Shown here: positions 44,304 to 54,984 of the stretch, in pieces
Layout: every line of letters starts with the position of its first letter
Position numbering within the stretch: position 1 is the stretch's first letter
Source: Ascidiella aspersa
Taxonomy: Eukaryota
Length of the DNA stretch: 64,000 bases
Direction of reading: 5' to 3'
Assembly: GCA_963924565.1 (NCBI GenBank)
Contig: CAWUQB010000044.1
Span: 1-64,000 of the forward strand
Program-made: the position numbers and the translations under genes
Notes under the pieces: model-generated
Seen by the model: only the letters and a program-made list of their open reading frames with translations
Told to the model about the DNA's origin: nothing
Databases searched by the model: none

Positions 44304-44575
44304 TTATCCTCCCGTGTTACAGCACCCTCTCAGCATTATTCCTGAAGGCTGTAACCCGATATCTATCGTAAAATCCCTGACGATCACCGTCCCAATCTAT
44401 TCAAGGGCAGTGAATGATTCACCAGAAATATGTGTCTGTAGGGGTATATTACAAGGCTTCGGTGCTTAAATCTGTTACCAAAACAACAGCTATTGTCAGC
44501 TTCATGCCCGTATCAATGGTTGTCTTATCCGATCAACCCAGTAAAGCAGTCAACTTCCCGTCTAGCCAGTAGTCT

Positions 44576-45043
44576 TCAGATAATACGGGTGTCTTGCTTT
44601 TGATTCTGAGCAGAGGCTAAAGCCCGGCCTCCTATCTCTAATGCACCAAGCGATCCAGCCTGCTGGAGCAGCGTGGAGTCAAGATGCTCCAGGCTACCAT
44701 TCACCTCAGCGCCTTTTACCATTTCTATAGCGTTGTAATACACATTACCGGTAATAATGGCTTTTTCTGATAAAACCAAATGCTTCGAGCAATAAACATT
44801 ACCTTTAACGATACCATTGATGTGGATGCTGCCTACGCAAAGATCGCCTTCTACACAGCCCCCATTACTCAGAGTCAACACCCCTTGCTCAGCACTTATA
44901 TTGCCTTTTACCTGCCCTTCCACATGCAGAGTGCCTTCAAATGCCAGCTCCCCCTGTACTTCCATGCTCCACGCTATCAGTCCGGTGCCATTCTGCTTCT
45001 TTCGTGCTTGTCGCTTTCTCTTGTTCCAGATTCTTCTCCACAT
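44576..45043 (-). CDS. Bactofilin (polymer-forming cytoskeletal) family protein
   Basis: Repeated (I/V)xGx(V/I)xGN(I/V) beta-helix pattern; usual erpA neighbour. Confidence 0.88.
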   Translation of the reverse strand: MWRRIWNKRKRQARKKQNGTGLIAWSMEVQGELAFEGTLHVEGQVKGNISAEQGVLTLSNGGCVEGDLCVGSIHINGIVKGNVYCSKHLVLSEKAIITGNVYYNAIEMVKGAEVNGSLEHLDSTLLQQAGSLGALEIGGRALASAQNQKQDTRII

Positions 45044-45791
45044 CGGCGGCTAGCTCCTCATTCCAGTCAAACGCTTCATCCAGCTTCCTTACCGAACCAC
45101 TGCGCATATTGATTACCACTCTGACTAATATGGGGGTAAAACCGGCTGGCAGCTTGAATTCAAAAAATTCACGATTCTCAGGTAACATCTGAAAATATCG
45201 GAAGCCCAGAGGTAGACTTGAGCTTTCCTGACCCACCATTTGAAACAATGACAGCGATATGTCTTTATCTCCCTGAGTGCCTTCCAGCGCCACCGATACA
45301 TTACCCTTACGAAAATCATTCGTTTGTGACACCTGTGAAATAACAAAACGCAGCCGGAAGCTATCAGCACTCTGCCCGGGTAATAAATCAAACTGATGAA
45401 GCCTAATACCTGATTTGGCGTGCTCTGGTGCAATCACACTACGATAAAAAGCCAGTTCCTCATTGAGCTTTGCCTTCCCATCCTCAAGCTCCCTGACAAG
45501 CACCCTTACATTCTCCAAAGCTAACGTGTCAATTTTACGGGCACTTTCCAGAAGCGTAATGTTTTGTAAGTGTTGCTGCCGTTCTGCTTCCGCTGTATCA
45601 ACACGCGCCTGCAAGACTTCATTCTTTTGACTTAGCTGCTCATTTACCTCAACTGCACCACGTTTTCCCCAGTGATAGGAGAAAAACAGTGCGCCTATAC
45701 AAAAAGAGGCCACTGTTAGTTTAACGAGTCTCTCAAATGTCAGGCTGTGACTAACAACCCTATGATTATTGCCATCCGGTGCTATGGACAT
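44937..45791 (-). CDS. Membrane-anchored coiled-coil protein (DUF6776-like)
   Basis: N-terminal TM, coiled coil, ELAFYRSVIAP and FRYFQ motifs; precedes bactofilin. Confidence 0.7.
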   Translation of the reverse strand: MSIAPDGNNHRVVSHSLTFERLVKLTVASFCIGALFFSYHWGKRGAVEVNEQLSQKNEVLQARVDTAEAERQQHLQNITLLESARKIDTLALENVRVLVRELEDGKAKLNEELAFYRSVIAPEHAKSGIRLHQFDLLPGQSADSFRLRFVISQVSQTNDFRKGNVSVALEGTQGDKDISLSLFQMVGQESSSLPLGFRYFQMLPENREFFEFKLPAGFTPILVRVVINMRSGSVRKLDEAFDWNEELAADVEKNLEQEKATSTKEAEWHRTDSVEHGSTGGAGI

Positions 45792-45918
45792 TGCAGGCTA
45801 ATCCCATTGGTCTGATATTTCTGACGATGCCGTGGTCTGGCCGAGAAATCAATACAAGTAAATATCGGCCGTGTTGTATCATAGTCTTCCGCTCTAAACT
45901 ATCCACGGCTTGGACGCT

Positions 45919-46545
45919 ATGCTAGATCAATGGTCAACCCAATGGGTACGCCCCCCTCTCAACACCGCTGCGACCTTTCTCAGTAACAAAGGTGTTACAC
46001 CGGATCAACTGACCCTGACCGGATTTTTCATTGGCATGACGGCCATTCCACTGCTTGCTAACCAGCTTTATATACTTGCCTTGATAGCCATAGTCATCAA
46101 CCGATTAGTCGATGGTCTGGACGGTGCGCTTGCACGACTAGCGACACCTACTGATGCGGGGGGCTTTCTTGATATCACTTTAGATTTTATTTTTTATGCA
46201 GGAGTGGTCTTCGGCTTTGCTCTGGCAGACCCGATAAATAACGGCATCGCGGCGAACCTGCTGATATTTTCATTTATGGGCACCGGTGCCAGTTTTCTGG
46301 CCTATGCCATCATGGCTGAAAAACACACATTGAGTGATCCACGTTTCTCTCATAAATCACTGTATTATCTGGGAGGGATCGCAGAAGGCACAGAAACCAT
46401 TATTGTCTTTGTGTTGTTTTGTCTGCTACCAAAAAAGTTTCCTCTACTGGCAACCGGGTTTGCCGCTGTCTGTATCTTAACGGCAATGATCCGCGTGTGG
46501 GGGGGTTATCACACGATCAAACAGTCAGAGCAGCGCACCGATTGA
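45919..46545 (+). CDS. CDP-alcohol phosphatidyltransferase family protein (YnjF-like)
   Basis: DGLDGALAR...GGFLDITLD motif; EGTET. Confidence 0.9.
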   Translation: MLDQWSTQWVRPPLNTAATFLSNKGVTPDQLTLTGFFIGMTAIPLLANQLYILALIAIVINRLVDGLDGALARLATPTDAGGFLDITLDFIFYAGVVFGFALADPINNGIAANLLIFSFMGTGASFLAYAIMAEKHTLSDPRFSHKSLYYLGGIAEGTETIIVFVLFCLLPKKFPLLATGFAAVCILTAMIRVWGGYHTIKQSEQRTD

Positions 46546-46559
46546 CAGCTAAGAGCGCG

Positions 46560-49505
46560 CTATGAGTACCACGTTCGAGTCGAAGCAAATCTCATATCAT
46601 TACACTCAGTAAGGCAATAGCTCGAGTGTCCATCAAACCCTGATACATCTTTCCCCACCTCCATGGGTTTTGATTTTCCATCTTCGTTAACCAGATACAC
46701 TTTATTGCTAGGGAACGCACGAAGAATTCGCTCTTTGTCCTCAGATGTGTTATCCCAAACAACTTTATCATCAAAAGTGCCTCCGTCGCCTAAAGAAAGA
46801 AAACGCTCATTTTTTTTAGCCTCTAGATAGCTTCCCTTCTTGTCGCAGTAATACCTCATACCCTCAAGACCTTCATAAATCTCATGAGTGGGCAAGCTCT
46901 CTTTTTTCCCCATGCAATCCATATAAGTTGGCTCTCCATTAATCCTGGAAACGATGCAAGGTGGTGGTTCTGCAAAAAAACGCTCGACGCCATCAAGCGG
47001 CTTTTCTGCATAGATGGCTACTTTTAAGCCCTTCTCCAACTGCTTAAAAAAATCAGCCCTGCTGATTTTGTAGCGGGTACTTTTTCCCCATGTATGCAAT
47101 TTAAGCTCAACGTCGTTCTTATCATATGATACATGCTCAACTATAACCGTATGTCCTGTGTCTCCAAGCCCGCGCCGGGCACCTAAGGTTTGAATCTTAG
47201 CATGCTTTGACTTCATTCCTCTCGACTGGTCTAGACTCTCTTCATGCTGCTTCAGAAGGTCAGTGCCAACATCGCTTTGAAAGGATAGGGCAATTGAGCA
47301 CTTTTCATTAGTTGCCTTTGATAGCGTTTGTAAAAACTGATTTTTCTCATCCGGTGTTGTGGGTACCAACTTTTGAACCAGGGCTTTCTTTCCAAAATAA
47401 AAGGCTTTATATGCATCTTCCGGAACGCTAGAGCCCTCCTTAGCTGATTTGTAAAGTGAGTAAATCAATAATTTATCCGCCCAGTCTTCCTGAGCACCTA
47501 TCATATCCGTCGCATCAGCAGGTGTAGTTAAGTTAACTTGACTACCATTTTGTGCAGTAACCGTCGCTTTCTGTTCAGAAGAACCAAGACCTAACAAGGC
47601 TTCCGTCACTTGATCCGGTCTGGTACGCCAAAGATTTTTTAACAGAGCAAAACCACCACACCGAGGCGTCCCCCTCTGACAAACAAACCCGGGCTCTCTA
47701 ACTCTGAGCATCATTTGACAGGCGAGCAGGCAATCTTTTTTATAGTGAGCCGAGCTTTCATCCTGTCCCTTGATAAAGGTTTCAATCGCATTGATTGCCT
47801 TAATTCGGCGTGCTCTTTTAATAATCTGGTCTGGGGTTTCTGCTTTCTTTTCTGCCAGCACGGCACTTTTATAGGCCGTGATAAAAGGCTTAATCCACTC
47901 AACATCTAAACCCTGCCCGTCTGCTTTTTGATCATCGGTGAACACTTCAATACCTGAGAGTTCTTTTACTATCGGGTCATCAAAGAACGTCTGAAACCTC
48001 CCTTTTTCACCTGTTTCTGCCGCCTCAGCCAACGCCACAATAGCTCTCTGGATAGGTGATTTTTCAAGCGGTTGGAGTTTATTGCTTGCTATCACAGATT
48101 GAGCACTCAGGATACCCTGTAGAGTCCATGCGTTCTCTTTGAGTAAACCTGCGTTCTCTGTGAGTAAACCTGCGTTCTCTTTGAGTAAAAGTTGTTCGGC
48201 ACTGGATAGAATGGATTCAGCTTCGCTTTGTGTCTCAACCACTGACGCATCAAGTACTGTAGCATCCACCGTGCGACTCTTTTCGCCGCTATGTAAATCT
48301 AAACTCTCATCAGGCTTAATATCCCTCTCAAGCAGGGGCGATGTTACCCTTTTTTCCGGAGACGGGGTCATCAAGATGTTAGGTATATGGGTTTTTCCCT
48401 CATTATCATGCACTTGCGGCTTCGGCTCCTCTATAGAAGGATCACGGTTATCTCCCTTACTGACAGATTGAGACTCTTTAGCCCCAGTAAGCTGTCTGAC
48501 TGCTTCTGTACGGACTTGTTCCGGTTGCTGATGCTCCCCACCGTCTGGAAGCGCCTCCCCAAACACCTCATTCTCGTGATCTGATGGACTCTCACTCGAA
48601 TGCCGAACCTGTTGCTGACTATAAGAAACCCTTTCAGGAACAGGGTGGCTATCAACAACGTCAGGCGTAGAATCCTCAGCCTGAGCGGATTTTTTTTCTT
48701 GGCCTTGCCTTTCCTCCTCCACTTTGTCCTTATCCCGCTGAGCACTCATCATGCTGGCCAAATGATCAATAGGATCCAAACCCTTGGCCTCACGATGATC
48801 CATTGGCTGAGCCTGAGCCTGAGCCGTTAGATTACCTTCAGTTACATCGTCAGAGGCTTTAACGACAGATATATCTTTCAAGCCAGATAGCGTTTCATCT
48901 GTACCAAAGTGGGTCTGTGGCTTCCATAACTCATCATCTTCAGCCATCGCAAAAAGCTGGGAAAAAGTCACCTGAAGATCGTCATCCTCTCCACGTCCAT
49001 GAGCCTCAGTACCCCGATCGGTTGCATCATCTAGCTGTTGCTTACACACCTGTATTATCTGGTCACTCTTTTCCCTAAATTTTTCAGTAACTGCCTGATA
49101 ATGATCCCATAGCTCATCTGTACATTCCTCCCCAGGCGGATCAAGCGCTATTTCCCTATCATCCTCTGTCACCCAGAACACTTCTAAATCGTCACGGATA
49201 GGACCTTTTTCAGCAAAGGCCTCTGCTACCTGTAACTGAAACTCGCAAAAATCCAGACTAAGAGGAGTAGGCGATTCACTGTCTATAGAGGAAACGCTTC
49301 GACTGCCGATGGGGGTTGTTTTTGGCGGGGCGTTATCAAAATTATCAGGATGTGCCTCTGCAAAGGGTTTAGAAAAAACGGGTTTAATACCCGTCTTTAT
49401 AACATCTCGATGACCTTTGCTTCCTTTTTCTTGCTGCTCTGGCACCGCAGGCAGCTCTGAACCCGAAGAGCTCGATTGGCCGGTATCATTAACGCCTCGA
49501 CTCAT
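46560..49505 (-). CDS. Large hypothetical protein; disordered N-half, possible papain-like Cys-protease domain
   Basis: 981-aa ORF; Ser-rich N-terminus; CQRGTPRCGG ... GHTVIV ... HTWG. Confidence 0.6.
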   Translation of the reverse strand: MSRGVNDTGQSSSSGSELPAVPEQQEKGSKGHRDVIKTGIKPVFSKPFAEAHPDNFDNAPPKTTPIGSRSVSSIDSESPTPLSLDFCEFQLQVAEAFAEKGPIRDDLEVFWVTEDDREIALDPPGEECTDELWDHYQAVTEKFREKSDQIIQVCKQQLDDATDRGTEAHGRGEDDDLQVTFSQLFAMAEDDELWKPQTHFGTDETLSGLKDISVVKASDDVTEGNLTAQAQAQPMDHREAKGLDPIDHLASMMSAQRDKDKVEEERQGQEKKSAQAEDSTPDVVDSHPVPERVSYSQQQVRHSSESPSDHENEVFGEALPDGGEHQQPEQVRTEAVRQLTGAKESQSVSKGDNRDPSIEEPKPQVHDNEGKTHIPNILMTPSPEKRVTSPLLERDIKPDESLDLHSGEKSRTVDATVLDASVVETQSEAESILSSAEQLLLKENAGLLTENAGLLKENAWTLQGILSAQSVIASNKLQPLEKSPIQRAIVALAEAAETGEKGRFQTFFDDPIVKELSGIEVFTDDQKADGQGLDVEWIKPFITAYKSAVLAEKKAETPDQIIKRARRIKAINAIETFIKGQDESSAHYKKDCLLACQMMLRVREPGFVCQRGTPRCGGFALLKNLWRTRPDQVTEALLGLGSSEQKATVTAQNGSQVNLTTPADATDMIGAQEDWADKLLIYSLYKSAKEGSSVPEDAYKAFYFGKKALVQKLVPTTPDEKNQFLQTLSKATNEKCSIALSFQSDVGTDLLKQHEESLDQSRGMKSKHAKIQTLGARRGLGDTGHTVIVEHVSYDKNDVELKLHTWGKSTRYKISRADFFKQLEKGLKVAIYAEKPLDGVERFFAEPPPCIVSRINGEPTYMDCMGKKESLPTHEIYEGLEGMRYYCDKKGSYLEAKKNERFLSLGDGGTFDDKVVWDNTSEDKERILRAFPSNKVYLVNEDGKSKPMEVGKDVSGFDGHSSYCLTECNDMRFASTRTWYS

Positions 49506-49623
49506 ATTTCACCTGATAGTAATTAATGTAGCTACCAGCAGGTTATCGGCTGTCTCTATAGACGCCTAAATGTCTTATTGTAATGTCACCTGAAAATGGC
49601 AAAGAGCGCCAAAGCGCCCTTTG

Positions 49624-50805
49624 TTAATCACTTCTTAAATCTGTTTTATGGGAGATCGGTGTCGGCAAACGAAAGACAACCCAATAGGTTGATACAACAA
49701 AGGTTGCGATCGCAGCACCTTCAATAACCAGCGCCGCGTCTTCTGAAATTTTCCCAGCCGCAAGCGCACCACACGCCAATAAAAGTGAAAACTCACTACT
49801 CTGCCCCAATCGCAGCCCCATATCGCCTGCACTTTGAGAATGCTCACCGGCTAAATATTTTAATAAAATTTTGAATAGCAGGGGTTTGCTGACCAGTATC
49901 ACGATGGCAGAAGCGACCACTGCCATCAATAACTGACCTGACAGGAATGGGTTAAACTGCGCGCCAACTGAAAAGAAAAATAAAATCAGAAAAAACTCTC
50001 TTAACGGTTTGAGACCTTCAGCAATCACCAGCGCGATAGGCGAAGTCGCAAGGGTCACCCCCGCAATAAAGGCTCCAATCTCATGAGATAACCCCAACCA
50101 TTCAGCTGCCTGAGCAGACGCAAAGCACCAACCGAGCGACATAAGGAAAATGTACTCAGAAATAACATCAAACTTCATAAACAAGGGCAATACAATATAA
50201 CGAACAATACACCATGCACAGAGAGCAAAAACACAGGTTTTGAGTGGCAGCAAAATAGCATCAAGACTCAGGTCACTGCCACCACTGTACAGCATCAACA
50301 CGGTCAGAATGGCCAGTATATCTTCGAAAAGCAAAATACTGATCATCATTTCACCGGCTCGCCGGTGATGAAGCGTGGTTGTGGGAATTAATTTCAGGCT
50401 AATTACTGTACTTGAAAAAGACAATGCAACCCCTGCAACAGCCGCATCCATTGTCGAAAACTTAAACACAACGCTTAGCATGGCCCATACCATCAATGAC
50501 GTCGCAGTAATACATAACAAGGTAACCATTGCCGTTTGTTTTAACTGGCTGAGCAAATTGCGTGGATGGAGATGAAGCCCTAATAGAAACATCAATAAAA
50601 TAATACCCATCCGGGAAATGGCATCAATATGCCCGTCATTGGCAATCAGGCTGATACCATGAGGCCCAACAATAACCCCAAGCATAATATATGCCATAAT
50701 GATAGGCTGGCGGAGCCAGACAAACAGCGTACCAAGAAGGGAAGCCCCCCCAAAAATAATGGCCATATCCAGAACCATATGTTCAAATGCCCAATGCACA
50801 GCCAT
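49624..50805 (-). CDS. Cation:proton antiporter (CPA2 family)
   Basis: Multi-TM; SST..SLK, LLFEDI, GAFIAG, FFFSVG, QSSEFSL. Confidence 0.88.
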   Translation of the reverse strand: MAVHWAFEHMVLDMAIIFGGASLLGTLFVWLRQPIIMAYIMLGVIVGPHGISLIANDGHIDAISRMGIILLMFLLGLHLHPRNLLSQLKQTAMVTLLCITATSLMVWAMLSVVFKFSTMDAAVAGVALSFSSTVISLKLIPTTTLHHRRAGEMMISILLFEDILAILTVLMLYSGGSDLSLDAILLPLKTCVFALCAWCIVRYIVLPLFMKFDVISEYIFLMSLGWCFASAQAAEWLGLSHEIGAFIAGVTLATSPIALVIAEGLKPLREFFLILFFFSVGAQFNPFLSGQLLMAVVASAIVILVSKPLLFKILLKYLAGEHSQSAGDMGLRLGQSSEFSLLLACGALAAGKISEDAALVIEGAAIATFVVSTYWVVFRLPTPISHKTDLRSD

Positions 50806-50884
50806 ACCCTGAAACTACCGTTTGTGACTATACAATAGGCTATATTGTGGTTTTAGCGATTAAAAAAACAGCCAACATAGGTTA

Positions 50885-53500
50885 TAGAACTTACGCATTG
50901 ACAAGCATCCAAAAAAATTGCTAGATCAGCAAAAAAAACAGTGGGTGTCGTCGTGCGTAGAAGGATAACAAGACCAACAACAGCTATGTGTGATCTGCCA
51001 AAATACATTGGGTTTCTACTGTGTGAACCCAAATCAGCAACCTGTACCCGCCTCAGTGAGTTGAGCGATATGTCGCATGACAGTGTTAACCGTTTTCTCC
51101 AACGTGAGAACTTTGCACCTAAAGATCTGTTTGAGGAAGCAACCACAAGACTCATTCTTGAAGGTGGAACGCTATCTGTTGATGATACTGTGCTGGATAA
51201 AGCCTACAGTCATTACACGGCTTTAGTCGGTCATTACTACTCAGGAAAGCACCACAAAGCCGTCAAAGGTATTAACCTCATCACGCTCTATTATACGGAC
51301 GTCAATGGCTACAGCCCAATGGCACTGACTTAAGGCTTAAAGCCTTGGTATGAAAGACTTGCCCAGAAAGCAAACCAGCTGTCTAAACTGATCAGAATCA
51401 TCCTACCGGACAAGCCTCCATGAGCAAGTGTAGTCCAGAGTATTTACGTCTCGCTAATGACTGTCGTAACCAGTTTGCCCAGGCTTCTGATGCTGAGCAT
51501 ACTTCAATATTACGTTCTGAAGATCTGGATAAATTTAAAGAGCAGCATCCGGGACGAGAGCGAAACTACCCAGCAATAAAAACAATAACGTTATTTATGA
51601 GACAAGTGTCTAATGATGATAAATCCTGCAGCAAGGTGTTGATTCAGGACACCGCTGACCAGTTAGCGCTTGGGAAAAAAATGCTAAAAACTGAAAACGA
51701 TGCCTACTGTAAGGCACGGGGACGACTCAGGGAACAAGCTCTTAAATCATTATTTCAAACTTCCGGGTGTCGTCTTTCTGATGAGTCTCCAGCAGACTGG
51801 CTTTGGCATAACCGCAGGGTGGTAATGACCGATGGCTCTACCTTATCCGGACCTGACACCGAGGCAAATCAAAAGGTATATCCCCAACCATCCTCCCAAA
51901 AAAAGGGCTTGGATTTCCGCTGATCAGAATCCTTGTACTTATCACTCTTGCCAGCGGTGCTCTGTTGGATGCAGCAGTCGCACCCTGCACTGGTAAGGAA
52001 ACCGGTGAGCAGGCGCTACTCAGACAAATGTTCGGAAGTTTAAACAAGGAAGATATTCTCTTGGGTGATGCCAATTTTGAGAATTACTTCATACTGGCAG
52101 CGCTGATATCAGCAAACATTGATGGTGTTTTTGAGAAAAACGGCTCTCGTAGTCTTGATTTCAGAAAGTGTCATGTAAAGCTGGGTAGCAAAGAAGGACT
52201 TTTCAAGCTGGCGAGGCCTGCGCGTCCAGCGTGGATGGATGAGGATTCCTACCGTGAAGTCCCAAAAGAGATCACTATCCGGGCGATCAAAACTAAAAAA
52301 CGAATAATTGTCACAACGCTAATAGATGCGGAGCGTTACCCCAGAAAAGACATATCCGATTTATATATAGATCGGTGGCATATTGAGCTTGATTTCAGAT
52401 GCATAAAAACCATGATGAACATGGACATTCTGCGTTGTAAAACGCCTGAAATGTTACGCAAGGAGATATACGTTCACTTGCTGGTGTATAACCTCATCCG
52501 TGGGTTGATGGCAAAAGCAGCAGAGGCTGAGGGTCATAAGCCAAGGGAAATGAGTTTCAAAACAGCTCAGGATACACTGCGTAGTTACCATCATTTGTTA
52601 CTTATGGGAACCATCAATATTTTTCAGCTGTTAGAAACAATGGTTCAGTTGATTGGCAAGCACAAGGTCGGTAATCGACCTGGAAGATCCGAACCTCGAG
52701 CAGTGAAAAGGCGTAGCAAGCCATCAAAGAAACTTCAACACTCAAGAAAGCAAGCCCGCAAGCTCAAGGAATACAATAGCTGAGGGCTTAAGTCAGTGCC
52801 ATTAGGCTACAGCCTGCCTGTTAACTTCCGCATCTACAATCCTGTCGATGAAAAGACTAAGAATGACTATTTTGTCGATATGCTGAAAGAAGTGCTGGCA
52901 TGGGGGCTGAGACCTGCATGTGTTACCGGTGACTCTTGGTATAGCAGTATCGCAAACCTGAAGGCTGTGAAAAACAACGGTCTGGGTTTTATGTTCGCTG
53001 TTAAAAGCAACCGTACTGTCTCTATCCAAAAGGGTGACTATCAACAGGTGCAGAGTCTGGAGATTCCCGAGGAGGGAAGAACTGTATGGCTACGTAACTT
53101 TGGTCATGTACGACTCTACCGGACGCAACTAAAAAACGAGCTGCGCCATTACGTTGTCTATACACCTCATGCTGTAGCAGATCAGTCTTCACGGTCTGAT
53201 TTTAATCAGCTACATAAAGACCATTGGGCAATTGAAGAGTATCACCGGGCACTAAAGCAACTCTGCAATATTGAGCGTTTTCAGGTGAGAGGCGAGCGAC
53301 AGGTCAGGAATCATATTTTTGCTGCTATCTTTGGGTATACCTGCCTTGAGGCCATGAAGCTATCTGAGTCACTCAGAAGTATCTACAGCGTTAAGAAAGA
53401 TGCACTCAAAGGTGCTATCTGGGATTTTATAAAAAGCTTCTCTGAAGGGAAAAGTTGGCTCAAACCAGTTTTTCCCGAAGCTGTCAATGCGTAAGTTCTA
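50885..53500 (+). mobile_element. IS701-family element interrupted by an IS4 element
   Basis: TIRs TAGAACTTACGCATTGACA; 5-bp duplication GGTTA; SHDSVNRFL, VDDTVLDK, GDSWY. Confidence 0.9.
51317..52804 (+). mobile_element. IS4-family element; transposase 51420-52783 split at an A7G run
   Basis: TIRs CAATGGCACTGACTTAAG / CTTAAGTCAGTGCCATTA; 10-bp duplication GGCTACAGCC; DGST and Y..RW.IE..F..IK (YREK) motifs. Confidence 0.92.
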
Positions 53501-53527
53501 GGTTAGCTGCTGGTTCTGGCTTTACCG

Positions 53528-54319
53528 TTACGCCGCTATTTTAAACACTCGACGAACCCAGTTAACAATGGATGTCCATATTTTTTGAACAACAGATGCA
53601 GGCTTGACTACTTCTGGTTCATCCGCAGATGGATGCAATTCGTCATTATAATCATTATCTAACTGACCCTCTTTTGTTGCTGCATCCATATCCCCAGACA
53701 GGTTACTTGATATCACCGGCTGCACTGTTTCAGACTGAGGCGACACCTCCGGCTTTATATTATGTTGAATAGCAGGCGCTTTAGGCTGAATAAGCAACTG
53801 TGGCTTGATATCTTCCTGACTCGATAACAGCACGCCTTCATTTTTCAGCGTTTTTTCTAGCTCGGAATGCTTTTTAACAGCAGGGTCCTGAACAGATTGC
53901 TCAACCGCCTGTTCACTGGCTGGTTCTACTATTAGCGCATTCTGTCGGCTATTGACAATCGGCTGAGTCGTGTCCGCTTGAGCTGGCCTTCTTTTTTCTT
54001 TTACTTCAGCCCGCCAAGGGACATTGCCATTCTCATCTTTTCTGAGGTCGTACTTATTTCTTAGTGACTCATTTGTAGCCAACCTTTTTTGCTCTTTTAC
54101 TTCTTTCGAATCAGAAAAAAATCCGCCTGACTTGCCCGCAGCCGCTTTTCGATGACCAATATTTTTACCCGAAAGACCATACTTTGCTTTGACTTTATCC
54201 GTACGTGCTGATTTTATAGCCTCTTTTTTTTGTTCAATCTTATTCGTATGTAACTTATTATTTAAGCCATCAAGCAGCCCTGTTTTATTATGTATACCTT
54301 TTACGACGCTTCCCAGCAT
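53528..54319 (-). CDS. Hypothetical protein
   Basis: 263-aa ORF with GGGG RBS-like sequence; basic N-half, acidic C-half, amphipathic C-terminal helix. Confidence 0.65.
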   Translation of the reverse strand: MLGSVVKGIHNKTGLLDGLNNKLHTNKIEQKKEAIKSARTDKVKAKYGLSGKNIGHRKAAAGKSGGFFSDSKEVKEQKRLATNESLRNKYDLRKDENGNVPWRAEVKEKRRPAQADTTQPIVNSRQNALIVEPASEQAVEQSVQDPAVKKHSELEKTLKNEGVLLSSQEDIKPQLLIQPKAPAIQHNIKPEVSPQSETVQPVISSNLSGDMDAATKEGQLDNDYNDELHPSADEPEVVKPASVVQKIWTSIVNWVRRVFKIAA

Positions 54320-54540
54320 GTTAACCCCCTACGAACTTATTATTACTTCAAAACAGACTGGGTTGTTGACATCCTGTCACTACCCATTAATAAAAATATG
54401 CTCAGTGAAAGGTATCGAAAGCAAGTGATAAAAGGCATAACCATTCAGACAGTGATGCTTTCTGACTTAGTGGCCAGATAGGCAAGCGTCCGATACAGTA
54501 TCTTTGGAATAACTATTTTCTACTTAAGTCTAATCGACAA

Positions 54541-54703
54541 TAAGTAGCTCACCATATGCCATCGAATAGTCTGGTTTTTTGATCAGGTGCTATACAAGGC
54601 GAAGCGCAGGGCGCATAGCCGTAGCTATGTTACCGAAGCGGTAACGAAGTAGAGTGCCTGAGCAAGGTGTCAGACTATTCGATGGCATGTGGTTAGCTAC
54701 TTA
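54541..54703 (+). mobile_element. MITE-A copy, divergent, with compensatory changes
   Basis: ATGCCATCGAATAGTCTG ... CAGACTATTCGATGGCAT. Confidence 0.88.
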
Positions 54704-54714
54704 AGCAACAGGCG

Positions 54715-54936
54715 CTATTGTTGCACAGTTTTTAACGGCTGTATTAATGCTTCCAGTCCGTTTATCTTTATTTCCAACGTCAGAGCCAACAGTTGACCTA
54801 ACGGCCCTTCAGGCAATCCCTTATCCGCAAACCACAATAAATAGTCTTCAGGCAGTTCGATTAACAGCCTGCCCTGATACTTACCAAAAGGCATAGGCAT
54901 TCTGGCAATCTTCAATAAATCTTCTTTCTTAAACAT
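54715..54936 (-). CDS. DUF3820/YpeB-like small protein
   Basis: MPFGKYQGRLLIELPEDYLLWF...LEIKINGLE. Confidence 0.85.
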   Translation of the reverse strand: MFKKEDLLKIARMPMPFGKYQGRLLIELPEDYLLWFADKGLPEGPLGQLLALTLEIKINGLEALIQPLKTVQQ

Positions 54937-54984
54937 CTCTGCTTTAAAATCCTTTTTTATTACTTACAGGAAAGTTTACAGTCA

